Source of the DNA: a virus
Taxonomy: Duplodnaviria > Caudoviricetes
Reading direction: 5' to 3' (one strand)
DNA length: 27,990 bases
Virus record (IMG/VR): IMGVR_UViG_3300017774_002204
Location: 1 to 27,990 of that record
Below are positions 8,728 to 17,401 of the stretch, piece after piece. Both the position numbers and the translations under genes were made by a program. Position 1 is the first letter of the stretch. Each line of letters starts with the position of its first letter. The notes below the pieces were generated by a model, which did not search any database, was not told the origin of the DNA, and saw only the letters and a program-made list of their open reading frames with translations.

Positions 8728-11700
8728 TGTTTTTTGATTCAGACCTAATAGATCACATTCAAACAAAGAATAGTATTGATGTAGACTCTTTAATCATTGC
8801 TGAATGGAATCAAAATGATTTATTAAACCTTGACGATTATGGAAATTATAGATTTAGACCAGATAGTGCAAGTGTTGTCTATAGAAGTTTATATCCAGAA
8901 TATGACTCTCAAGATAATGCAAATGTTTATACAAATGCCTTAGATTCTAATTATATTTCTCAGTATAAAACAGAAGATCCAAATGAGCCTTTAACATTTT
9001 ATTCAGGAGATACAAGTAGAGAACTTTACTATTCACTAAAAGATTGCATCAAGCCATTTAGACCAAGGTCTGGAATTAATAAAATTCTTTATGCTGAAGA
9101 GATAGATATAGCTAGTACAAAATTTGTAGACAGCATAAGATCTGGAAGAAGACCAAGATATTATTTTTGCTCAAGATTTGACAAGTTTAAGTATTGGAAC
9201 TCTTATAGAAAAGAAAATGGTGAGCATTTTGGAATATCTAGTCGCTCTGCCACGTTTTTTACTGCTGGAGACCCCTCTTATAAGATAGAAGACTGTGCTC
9301 CCTTTGTTGTTTATAAAAATGAAGTTGCTACAAATAGAATAGTTGTAAAAATGCAGACTAACCTAGCAGATCCAACAGCGGTTGGAATTGATGGAGAATT
9401 TTTAGTTCCAGGAACAATTAGAGTTGGTAATAGAATAATTACAGATCCACTTCAAGATATAGCACATTCATCAGTTCCAAAAAGATGGAAAATACAATAT
9501 CTTAATAGTAGTAATAATTGGATAGATGCAATAAACTTTAATGAAACATCTACAAGAAGAGACGGTTCAAGAATTGTTCCGTGGGATGGTCATGTAGAAG
9601 TGTATTACGGTGTTAAAATTCCAGAACAGTTTAAAACAAATTTTCATCTATATCAATATCTTGATACAGTAGAGCAGTTGCCAGATACTAGTATTTATAA
9701 TTCTACACCAACAGTTAAAGATGGAGATGCTTATATACTTGGTAGCTCTACTACCGAGCCAGGAACCCTGTATGTTTGGAGTCAAGAAGATGAAGAATGG
9801 AAAATCTATAATGTAGAGTATGGATTTTCACTACTAGAAGAAGATGATACAAAAAGAATTGGATTAATTAAAAAAATATTAAATCCAGACTACTTTAATA
9901 TTAGTAGTAATGACATATATAGAGATTTTGTTTTTATTAAAGGAATTAGAGTTGTTGTAGAAACAATGTATGCTCCCAATAACATGTTTGAATTAATTGA
10001 GCTATCTCCAAGACTAAAAGTTGACATAACAAATTATGTTTTAGACTATGATATTAGTAAAAATCTTATGTCAACAGATTTTGGTCTTCCAGTTGGTGGA
10101 CTTGTAGCCTCAACTGGTGGAGTTAATTTATCAAATCATGACGGAGTATTTACAGAGTTAAATATCTTTAATGCTACCACTAGAACTGGAAGCATAATTG
10201 CCAATAATCTTAAACCACAAATTAAATTTGATTTTTATGAATCTATCCTAGATGTTAATGGATACGATAAGTTTGTCCCATTAAAAACATTCTTTTCAGA
10301 AAATGCTGCAGTTGCAACTAGCGGTATGCAAGATGTTTCATTAAATCTAAGAGATGCTTATTTTATATTAGAATCTAATAATGCTACATCAATATTTTTA
10401 CAAAATTCTACCCTTACAAAAGCAGTAGCCCTTCTACTAGACAACATTGGTTTTAGCAATTATGTATTTAAAAATATCAATACTGCAAATGATCCAGTAA
10501 TTCCATTCTTTTTTGTTGAGCCAGATGCTTCTGTTGCAGAAGTTTTACAAAGACTTGCACAAGCTACTCAGACTGCTATGTTCTTTGATGAATATAATAA
10601 TTTTGTAATTATGCCAAAAGAGTATTTAATGCCAGACATATCTATAAGAGATGATAACCCCGCAATTTCTGAAAGACTAACTACCCTTTATGGACAGAAA
10701 ACTGATAGCATTGTTCCAAATATTGAAGCTATTGCGGGCTTTGAAACAAAAATATTGAATGATGGTCAAATTAATTATACAACTAGATACATTCAAAGAG
10801 AAGTGTCAAAGCTAGAGCAAGCAAGCTTAAGTTTAAATGAAAGAACTTACGGGTATAAGAGCTCCATACTCTGGGAACTTGGAGATCAGGAAGAAACAAG
10901 AACAATAAATCAACCAACAGCAAACGTAGGATACGCACTTGGAGCAGTGCCATTGGCAACAAGTCTTGGAAGTGCTGTGCCGTTTGTGGCAAATAATCAA
11001 ATAGATATTGATACAAGCACCATTGATGTTGGAGAGAGTGCTTTTTGGCTACCAAGATTTCAAGGTTATTTATTTGCAAATGGAGAAATTATAAGATACG
11101 ATGCACAAGAATACCAAGTGGACTCAATATCTACTGACGCAACAAATGGTCGTGTTTGGATTACAAATAATAACGAATATCAAAAATATTTTTCTAAATT
11201 AAAATTTAATGGAAAAATGATTTTAACAGGAAAACTTAGAATTTATACAGAACCGTATTATGAAAATGCTTCTGGATCTAATTTTGATGATTTAGAAGAA
11301 AATGTTAGATATAAAAATGGTGCGGTAAGATCTCATGGCAGAGGTCAGTTTGGAACTAAGATTGTAAATCATTTTGCTGGATTAAACTCGTATTGGGAAG
11401 ACCCTAATAATAAAAAATCTTTTAGAATGGATTCTAGCAAGATATTTAGCGATCAGCCTATAGAGTTTTTGCCTAATGATCCAATATCTGCTTCAGTTTC
11501 AGCATCAGCATACCCACTTGGAAGCGATTCTGTATCGCAAGGATCTTTTTCAATAACTAGTAAGATTGCTAACTTTATGAAACAATCAACTAGGTCAGAA
11601 GGTTTTTCTAGCTATAGACAACAAGATGCTGCAGGAATTCAATCATCTGCATTAATTCTTAATGGACCCTATCCAGTACCAGTTTTAACAAAAGACCCCA

Positions 11701-13262
11701 ACAATATTCTTCCAGACCTATCTGCAACAATTGATAAAGACTTGGTAAATTATGTTTACAAAGATTTGGGTGGAGACTATAGGCATGTTGGAACTAGAAT
11801 GAGAATTATTGGAAAAAGAAAAGATGATAAGTCCCAATCTGCTTTAAATTCTATGGACCTTTTTAAAATTGATAAAAGTGTTGGAAATTTAAATTTAACA
11901 AGCCTGTCTGGTGGAGCTGGTGGAATTGGATACATGGTTGATCCAGATACTAATTCTGGATACTATCTTGAAATAGCATCAATGTCTGAAGATATTTTAA
12001 AGTACTATGGTTCAACTGCAAGTGCAGCAGCAGTTTCTGGATCTGTTTCACTAAACAAAGTTCTGGAAAATATAATTTTCTATAAAGTTGAAAGAACTCC
12101 ATACTCTACACAGATACCTGGAAAAACTAATATTGCAGTTCCTAAAAAACTTTTTGGATCTCTTGCAAGAATTCTTGTTGATGAAGGAAAGTTTGTGGGA
12201 TCTGATAGATTAACTTCTCAAGACATACCAGTCTACGATCTATCACTAGATGCTGAAATCATAAAACAAGATTCTGTAATAACTTCTATTCACTTTAGTA
12301 TATATTTAAACAATATGTTGATAGGAAAAGTTACTGATAACAATCCTTTGCAAGCTCCAAGCAGTGGTTTAAAAGCTTGTTTATTTACAAGAGGATCTAG
12401 TAAGTGCATGTTTGAAAACATCTATGCTTTAAAAAACTCAGAAGAAAAAGATGTTCCTGTAGAAGCAAAAATAAGAAATGTAATATCTGCTGAATCTTTA
12501 AGAAAGTATTCTCTTCCAGGAATGATTCAAAAAACTTATTTATCTTCTATTAGTGCAGAAAAAAAGCCTAGTATAGACTTTTACTTTGAAGAGTTTGGAA
12601 CAATATTAAGAGAATGTGCATATTTTAACATTAAGTATGATCAAGCTTACCCAGCATTAATAGCAAAAGTTGTTCCCCCATTTACTATAGAAAAGTCTTA
12701 TCAAATTTCAGGATTTTTGCCAGGATCTTATGGGGCTGAATTTTTAATCTTTAATACAACAGATAAGGCAATAGATTTAAGTGAAAGTTCAAGTAATAGA
12801 ATTATGATTCAAGGAATTACATTTACTCAAAATATATCAAATGTACTTACTGTTGACGACTACTTTAGAGAATTATCAAACTTTTCTGATCCAGTTATTA
12901 CAAGTAATAGTTTAATTGTTTCTCCAGGAAGATCTGAAAAAATTTATGAAAATCTTAAGAATAGCAGGTCCGTGTATGGAAACAAATCATTTTCATTAAA
13001 CTCTGTTTATATTCAAAATGAAGACTCTGCAAAAGATGTAATGAAATGGATTTTAGATAAAACAATTAGACCAAGAAAAGTATTTGAAATAGATACCTTT
13101 GCAACAGCACACGTCCAACTTGGTGACATTATTAAGATTAACTTTGATTTACCAGAGGGAGTAAAGATGGTAGATGAAAATAAAAAGTTTGTTGTTATAT
13201 CTGCTCAATATGGAAGATCTTCTTCAAATGTTAAAAGTCAATTAAGGGTCATGGAGGTTTAG
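8727..13262 (+). CDS. Large tail-tip protein, baseplate hub/Tal-like, with an inserted lectin-like domain
   Basis: 1511 aa, following the Dit-like gene. Hub-like motifs SVAEVLQRLAQATQTAMFFDEYNNFVI and C-terminal YIQNEDSAKDVMKWIL…HVQLGDIIKINF…FVVISAQY. Confidence 0.7.
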   Translation: MFFDSDLIDHIQTKNSIDVDSLIIAEWNQNDLLNLDDYGNYRFRPDSASVVYRSLYPEYDSQDNANVYTNALDSNYISQYKTEDPNEPLTFYSGDTSRELYYSLKDCIKPFRPRSGINKILYAEEIDIASTKFVDSIRSGRRPRYYFCSRFDKFKYWNSYRKENGEHFGISSRSATFFTAGDPSYKIEDCAPFVVYKNEVATNRIVVKMQTNLADPTAVGIDGEFLVPGTIRVGNRIITDPLQDIAHSSVPKRWKIQYLNSSNNWIDAINFNETSTRRDGSRIVPWDGHVEVYYGVKIPEQFKTNFHLYQYLDTVEQLPDTSIYNSTPTVKDGDAYILGSSTTEPGTLYVWSQEDEEWKIYNVEYGFSLLEEDDTKRIGLIKKILNPDYFNISSNDIYRDFVFIKGIRVVVETMYAPNNMFELIELSPRLKVDITNYVLDYDISKNLMSTDFGLPVGGLVASTGGVNLSNHDGVFTELNIFNATTRTGSIIANNLKPQIKFDFYESILDVNGYDKFVPLKTFFSENAAVATSGMQDVSLNLRDAYFILESNNATSIFLQNSTLTKAVALLLDNIGFSNYVFKNINTANDPVIPFFFVEPDASVAEVLQRLAQATQTAMFFDEYNNFVIMPKEYLMPDISIRDDNPAISERLTTLYGQKTDSIVPNIEAIAGFETKILNDGQINYTTRYIQREVSKLEQASLSLNERTYGYKSSILWELGDQEETRTINQPTANVGYALGAVPLATSLGSAVPFVANNQIDIDTSTIDVGESAFWLPRFQGYLFANGEIIRYDAQEYQVDSISTDATNGRVWITNNNEYQKYFSKLKFNGKMILTGKLRIYTEPYYENASGSNFDDLEENVRYKNGAVRSHGRGQFGTKIVNHFAGLNSYWEDPNNKKSFRMDSSKIFSDQPIEFLPNDPISASVSASAYPLGSDSVSQGSFSITSKIANFMKQSTRSEGFSSYRQQDAAGIQSSALILNGPYPVPVLTKDPNNILPDLSATIDKDLVNYVYKDLGGDYRHVGTRMRIIGKRKDDKSQSALNSMDLFKIDKSVGNLNLTSLSGGAGGIGYMVDPDTNSGYYLEIASMSEDILKYYGSTASAAAVSGSVSLNKVLENIIFYKVERTPYSTQIPGKTNIAVPKKLFGSLARILVDEGKFVGSDRLTSQDIPVYDLSLDAEIIKQDSVITSIHFSIYLNNMLIGKVTDNNPLQAPSSGLKACLFTRGSSKCMFENIYALKNSEEKDVPVEAKIRNVISAESLRKYSLPGMIQKTYLSSISAEKKPSIDFYFEEFGTILRECAYFNIKYDQAYPALIAKVVPPFTIEKSYQISGFLPGSYGAEFLIFNTTDKAIDLSESSSNRIMIQGITFTQNISNVLTVDDYFRELSNFSDPVITSNSLIVSPGRSEKIYENLKNSRSVYGNKSFSLNSVYIQNEDSAKDVMKWILDKTIRPRKVFEIDTFATAHVQLGDIIKINFDLPEGVKMVDENKKFVVISAQYGRSSSNVKSQLRVMEV

Positions 13263-13263
13263 C

Positions 13264-14154
13264 ATGGGTGAATATGCAGATTCCTTAAAGAAAACTAATA
13301 AAAGAAAAGATGCTAGTGAATCGGTTACAGCTGCAAGAGAAGCAGCAGCTAAAGAGGCAGCAAAGGCAGCAAAGGCAAGAGCAGATGAAGCAGCTAGAGC
13401 TAAAGCAAGAGAATCGGCACAAAAAGCCGCAGATTTAAAGGCAGCACAAAAAATTCCAGTAAGGGATGCTCATGATAAGCCAAAGACTGTTACCACTACA
13501 AACCCAGTAGTTGTTCAGTCACCTGTTGTAGATAATTCAAAAAAAGATATTAAGAGCTCAGGATCTGCTGACGCTGGAACAGGAAATACTAAAGAAGATT
13601 TTGTTGATTCAACTCCACCAATGCCTCCAACACCAGAACCAGGTGCTATAGCAGTAGTTGAAACTCCTGTTGTCAGAGTTCCAACAAGAAATGTTACAGA
13701 TATATCTTCCTTAGTTCCACAACTTAACGCAGAAGAAATTCAAAGATTACTTTTTGAAAATCTTTCTGCAGTAGAACTATCAATGGTTGAAAGACATGAC
13801 ACAATTGAGGGTATTGATCAAAAGTACTCAATTATTTCAAACTTGTCTGAAATAAGAAAAAAGTATGACATAAGAAAACAATTAACTATTATGGATAAGT
13901 TTAAGCCTCTTACAAGTATTTTTATAATTAATATTCAAGATAAAATACCCCAAGAAGATTACATAGCATTAGAAAGCTTAAACTCAACATACAAATATCT
14001 TGATGAAAATAACCAAATAGTTACCCGTGAAAAGGGATATTACTATATTGATACAAATGGTGATTTGGTTATAGAACTAATTAATTTAGAAAAAAATCAA
14101 CAGGTAGAGATTCAAATAGACACAAATGGTACAATATATAAGGTGGAATTATGA
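13264..14154 (+). CDS. Probable minor tail protein with a low-complexity Ala/Lys- and Pro/Thr-rich N-terminus
   Basis: 296 aa. RBS GGAGG upstream and ATGA overlap with the next gene. The function is inferred from position only. Confidence 0.55.
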   Translation: MGEYADSLKKTNKRKDASESVTAAREAAAKEAAKAAKARADEAARAKARESAQKAADLKAAQKIPVRDAHDKPKTVTTTNPVVVQSPVVDNSKKDIKSSGSADAGTGNTKEDFVDSTPPMPPTPEPGAIAVVETPVVRVPTRNVTDISSLVPQLNAEEIQRLLFENLSAVELSMVERHDTIEGIDQKYSIISNLSEIRKKYDIRKQLTIMDKFKPLTSIFIINIQDKIPQEDYIALESLNSTYKYLDENNQIVTREKGYYYIDTNGDLVIELINLEKNQQVEIQIDTNGTIYKVEL

Positions 14155-15317
14155 TTACAACAAATGGCAAAAATATCGTAGCTAAATATCTTTTAAACCA
14201 AGCTCCAGAATTTGCAAGTCATATTGCAATTGGTGTTGGAGGACAAGCCTATCCAACATCTTCTTCTGCAACATTTTCTGCAAGTGTGCAGTCTTTAGAG
14301 TTTGAAGTAGGAAGAGTTCCAATTTTATCAAAAGGTCTTTTAAAAGAGGACGGTCAAGAAAAAATTGTTTTTAAAGCAGAATTACCAATTGAGCAAAGAT
14401 ATAAAATAACTGAACTTGGACTATATCCAGCAGCAACAAATGCAGTGGCTGGAAACTTTGATAGCAGAATCATTTCAACATTCTCTAATTCAGAACCATG
14501 GGCATATTCTAATAATATAGATAATTCTGGAACCGTTTTATATATAGGACCAGTTCCAATTTCAAGTTCTCCTACTGGAAACATTGACATAACTGTTCAA
14601 GAATGGGATGATTTTATCTTTATAAATAGCAACTCTTCAATTTTTGAATATTCAGATAGACTAAATAGGGGAGAACCACCAAGATATTTAAATAGAAGTC
14701 TTAGTGTTTCTGGAAGCACTTCGGTAGTAGTTGGAGCGTCTGCAAACTCGTCTTTAATAGACACTTCTAGTAGTGCATCATACTACATTGAGAATAACTC
14801 TATTAGTTTAAATCTAGGAAAGAACTTGCCAACCGATCAAATTAAACTAGCGTTTTCAGTAGTCAGTCTAGCAAGAAGTGGAGTAAGTGCACAAGCTCCA
14901 GACAATGTTAAAATTAGATTAGAGTTTTTAAATAATTCGGGAGCTTCTACTTCAAAAGCCTTTGTAAATATTGCACTTCAAGATGTAGATGCTGTAAATC
15001 CAGAAAAATCACTGGATAATTCAAGATATCAGGTTATTACAAAAAGTCTTTCAGACTTTACAACAACACCAAATTTTTCTTGGAGTTCTGTAAATGGTGT
15101 AAGAATCTATACATGTATTCATGATGACTCTAATATTAAAACTGGAGAGCACTTTGTATTTTATGACGGCTTGAGATTTGAAAATGTTTCTAGTTACAAT
15201 CCACTATATTCTTTAGTTGCTGCTGAATATGTAAAAACTTTGGATGAAAATCCAATTTTAAAGAGAGAAAATTCTACAAGCTATGTAGAATATAGGTTTG
15301 GCATAGGAGTTTCCTAA
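14151..15317 (+). CDS. Tail-tip/baseplate protein with a tail-collar-fibre (DUF3751-like) N-terminus
   Basis: MITTNGKNIVAKYL…SHIAIGVG…LEFEVGRVPI…KAELP…ITELGLY matches the pattern of that family. The C-terminal part is a beta-sandwich-like region ending in FYDGLRFEN. Confidence 0.6.
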   Translation: MITTNGKNIVAKYLLNQAPEFASHIAIGVGGQAYPTSSSATFSASVQSLEFEVGRVPILSKGLLKEDGQEKIVFKAELPIEQRYKITELGLYPAATNAVAGNFDSRIISTFSNSEPWAYSNNIDNSGTVLYIGPVPISSSPTGNIDITVQEWDDFIFINSNSSIFEYSDRLNRGEPPRYLNRSLSVSGSTSVVVGASANSSLIDTSSSASYYIENNSISLNLGKNLPTDQIKLAFSVVSLARSGVSAQAPDNVKIRLEFLNNSGASTSKAFVNIALQDVDAVNPEKSLDNSRYQVITKSLSDFTTTPNFSWSSVNGVRIYTCIHDDSNIKTGEHFVFYDGLRFENVSSYNPLYSLVAAEYVKTLDENPILKRENSTSYVEYRFGIGVS

Positions 15318-15895
15318 TGGCAGAGATAAGAATTCCTGTAGAAAAATTGCCACCACCAGATAAAAATGGGGACCATGCTTTTCATTTTAGAATTATATCT
15401 GTTGACAAAAACCAGTGGTCAGCTTGGTCGCAACTTTATATAATTAAAAGTATTGGTCAGTATAGACCTTTAGAATCAGACGTTACTGCAGTAATTTCTT
15501 CACAAGAAGTAAGTTTAACTTGGGACACTCCAACAATTTACAACTATAACTCTGCCTCAATTACTAGTGCTTCTCTGGCTCACAATCATTCGCAAGAATT
15601 TAAACACCACGACTCTGATGTCTTTGTTCAATGGGGATCAGGATCAGCTATGGGAAATTTTGAATACCACGATAGAGTTTCTTCAGATACAACAAGCATC
15701 GTTATACCGAATGGTTCTGCCTCAGTCAGGGTTGTTGGAACTGTTGCACTAAAAGATGTTCCTAGAATAGGAATTTTTCAATCGGCATCAGCATATCAGA
15801 CAATATTTGACAGCTATCTAGGAATTTCTGGATCTGTACAGGGCGTATATGATCTATTTAAAATATTTGATACAGGCATTGTATCGTTAACCTGA
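15317..15895 (+). CDS. Minor tail protein with fibronectin-III-like strands
   Basis: FRIISVDKNQWSAWS and VSLTWDTP resemble Fn3 terminal and initial strands. Coupled by TAATG. Confidence 0.55.
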   Translation: MAEIRIPVEKLPPPDKNGDHAFHFRIISVDKNQWSAWSQLYIIKSIGQYRPLESDVTAVISSQEVSLTWDTPTIYNYNSASITSASLAHNHSQEFKHHDSDVFVQWGSGSAMGNFEYHDRVSSDTTSIVIPNGSASVRVVGTVALKDVPRIGIFQSASAYQTIFDSYLGISGSVQGVYDLFKIFDTGIVSLT

Positions 15896-15911
15896 TATAA
15901 TTAACTAGGAG
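15893..15911 (+). promoter_or_regulatory. Extended -10 promoter (TGaTATAAT) overlapping a stop codon, plus RBS
   Basis: TGA 15893-15895, TATAAT 15896-15901, AGGAG 15907-15911, ATG 15918. Confidence 0.65.
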
Positions 15912-15917
15912 AAAAAA

Positions 15918-16358
15918 ATGGCACAAATTGAATTACCAGATAGAGGTCAACCACTTGACATATCTTATTTATCTAAAATAGCTTTTGAAATAAATAGAGT
16001 TGCAGACCTAGTATCAGTTGGAAGTGGTCTTTCAAAAATTAAATATAGAGATACCAATACACCAACTCAAGCATTGACATCAAATATAATATTTTATGCA
16101 GAGACTCAAAAAATTGTTGATGCAAATCTATCTGTTCAGCCAAACGCTCCATCATCATTTGACTACTCTGGAATATTTAAAACCACTCCAGTAGTCCTAT
16201 GTTCAGTAACTTCTGTAACTGGCGTATCAAACTTGTATCCAGTTTTAAGTGGAGTTACTCAAAGCTCCTGTCAGGTAAATGTGTTCTCATCAGCAACTTC
16301 TGGAGCTTTTTCTGCTGACGTTTCAATAATTGCAATTGGTGAAAGAATTAGTTCTTAG
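15918..16358 (+). CDS. Small tail fibre/tip protein with an H-type-lectin/gp53-like C-terminal domain
   Basis: FDYSGIFKTTPVVLCSV…VTQSSCQVNV…VSIIAIG fits the F-x-x-x-F-x-x-x-P-x-V…IAIG pattern of these fibre-tip domains. Confidence 0.55.
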   Translation: MAQIELPDRGQPLDISYLSKIAFEINRVADLVSVGSGLSKIKYRDTNTPTQALTSNIIFYAETQKIVDANLSVQPNAPSSFDYSGIFKTTPVVLCSVTSVTGVSNLYPVLSGVTQSSCQVNVFSSATSGAFSADVSIIAIGERISS

Positions 16359-16367
16359 GCAGGTATC

Positions 16368-16880
16368 ATGTCTCAACCACAGGATAAGATAAATCCTTGT
16401 AAAAAAATATTTTTTATAAACAAAGAACTTGTTAAAGTTTTTCATATAAATAAAAGTAGCAACATTGTTAATTTTTATAATGTAAATCAAGGTAAAGAAC
16501 AAAGTATGTTGTATTCAGATTTTAAGAAGCATAGAAAAAGAGCCTACTCAATTGCAAATACTGCAAGAATTTTAAATAGATCAAGAGTGCAGTTTCAAAG
16601 AATAATTGCAAAGGGTTTGATTCCTGAGCCAATTGGTGATAGTCTTGGTGGAGAAAGAGGTTTTCAGATTAATGCTTATTACTCTGAAGATCATATTTTT
16701 GAAATTAGGGACATTATGGCAACTATACATGGTGGTAGACCAAGAAAAGATGGCAAGGTTACTCCTAGAAATGTTCTAACAGAACAAGACTTGCGTTCTA
16801 GAATGGGAGATGCTATAATGCTTTATACGAAGACATCGGATGGGCGTTTCATTCCGACTTGGCAAGAAGAGACATGGTAG
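16368..16880 (+). CDS. DNA-binding protein, MerR/excisionase-like winged HTH with an AT-hook-like motif
   Basis: YSIANTARILNRSRVQFQRIIAKGLIPEP…YYSEDHIFEIR, and GGRPRK at 16731-16748. Confidence 0.7.
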   Translation: MSQPQDKINPCKKIFFINKELVKVFHINKSSNIVNFYNVNQGKEQSMLYSDFKKHRKRAYSIANTARILNRSRVQFQRIIAKGLIPEPIGDSLGGERGFQINAYYSEDHIFEIRDIMATIHGGRPRKDGKVTPRNVLTEQDLRSRMGDAIMLYTKTSDGRFIPTWQEETW

Positions 16881-16889
16881 GAGACCAAA

Positions 16890-17093
16890 ATGTCAGAAAC
16901 AACAAATGTTTCAGTAACACTAGGATATACGTTAAACCTTGGAAATTTTCAAAGTCTTAGAATTGATTTAGGAATTACAGACTTTGTTCGTAGCGGAGAG
17001 AATACAGATCAGGCTCTTGACAGAGTTTATCAATTTGTAGAAAACAAAGTAATTCAAAAGGTTGAAGAAGCTAAGAAAGAACTAGAGGACTAG
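16890..17093 (+). CDS. Small hypothetical phage protein
   Basis: 67 aa, RBS AGGAG. Beta hairpin (VSVTLGYTLNLGNFQSLRIDLG) followed by a helix. Confidence 0.75.
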   Translation: MSETTNVSVTLGYTLNLGNFQSLRIDLGITDFVRSGENTDQALDRVYQFVENKVIQKVEEAKKELED

Positions 17094-17401
17094 TGGCGGA
17101 TAAGAAAGATCGCTTTGCACTAATATCTAGATACAAGAAAATAACAAAAGAAAAAAACTTAAAAGAAGAGAATATAAATATTCACATTCAACAATGGGCT
17201 GCAGACTCATTGATTGAATCATACGGTATAGAGCAAAGTTATGATCTAATTGAATACTACGTCAGCGTGTCTGCATCACCAACCTGGAAATGGTTAGTTA
17301 ATAATGCTGATAAAATTTATGATGCAAAGAGAATTAAAGAAGAAGATGATGTAGCCAGAAAGCTACTTAGAGAACAAGCAAAGGAATGGCTAAATAGGTA
17401 A
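17093..17401 (+). CDS. Hypothetical helical protein coupled to the helicase (possible loader/initiator)
   Basis: GTG start overlaps the upstream TAG, and the stop overlaps the helicase ATG. The function is a positional guess. Confidence 0.65.
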   Translation: MADKKDRFALISRYKKITKEKNLKEENINIHIQQWAADSLIESYGIEQSYDLIEYYVSVSASPTWKWLVNNADKIYDAKRIKEEDDVARKLLREQAKEWLNR

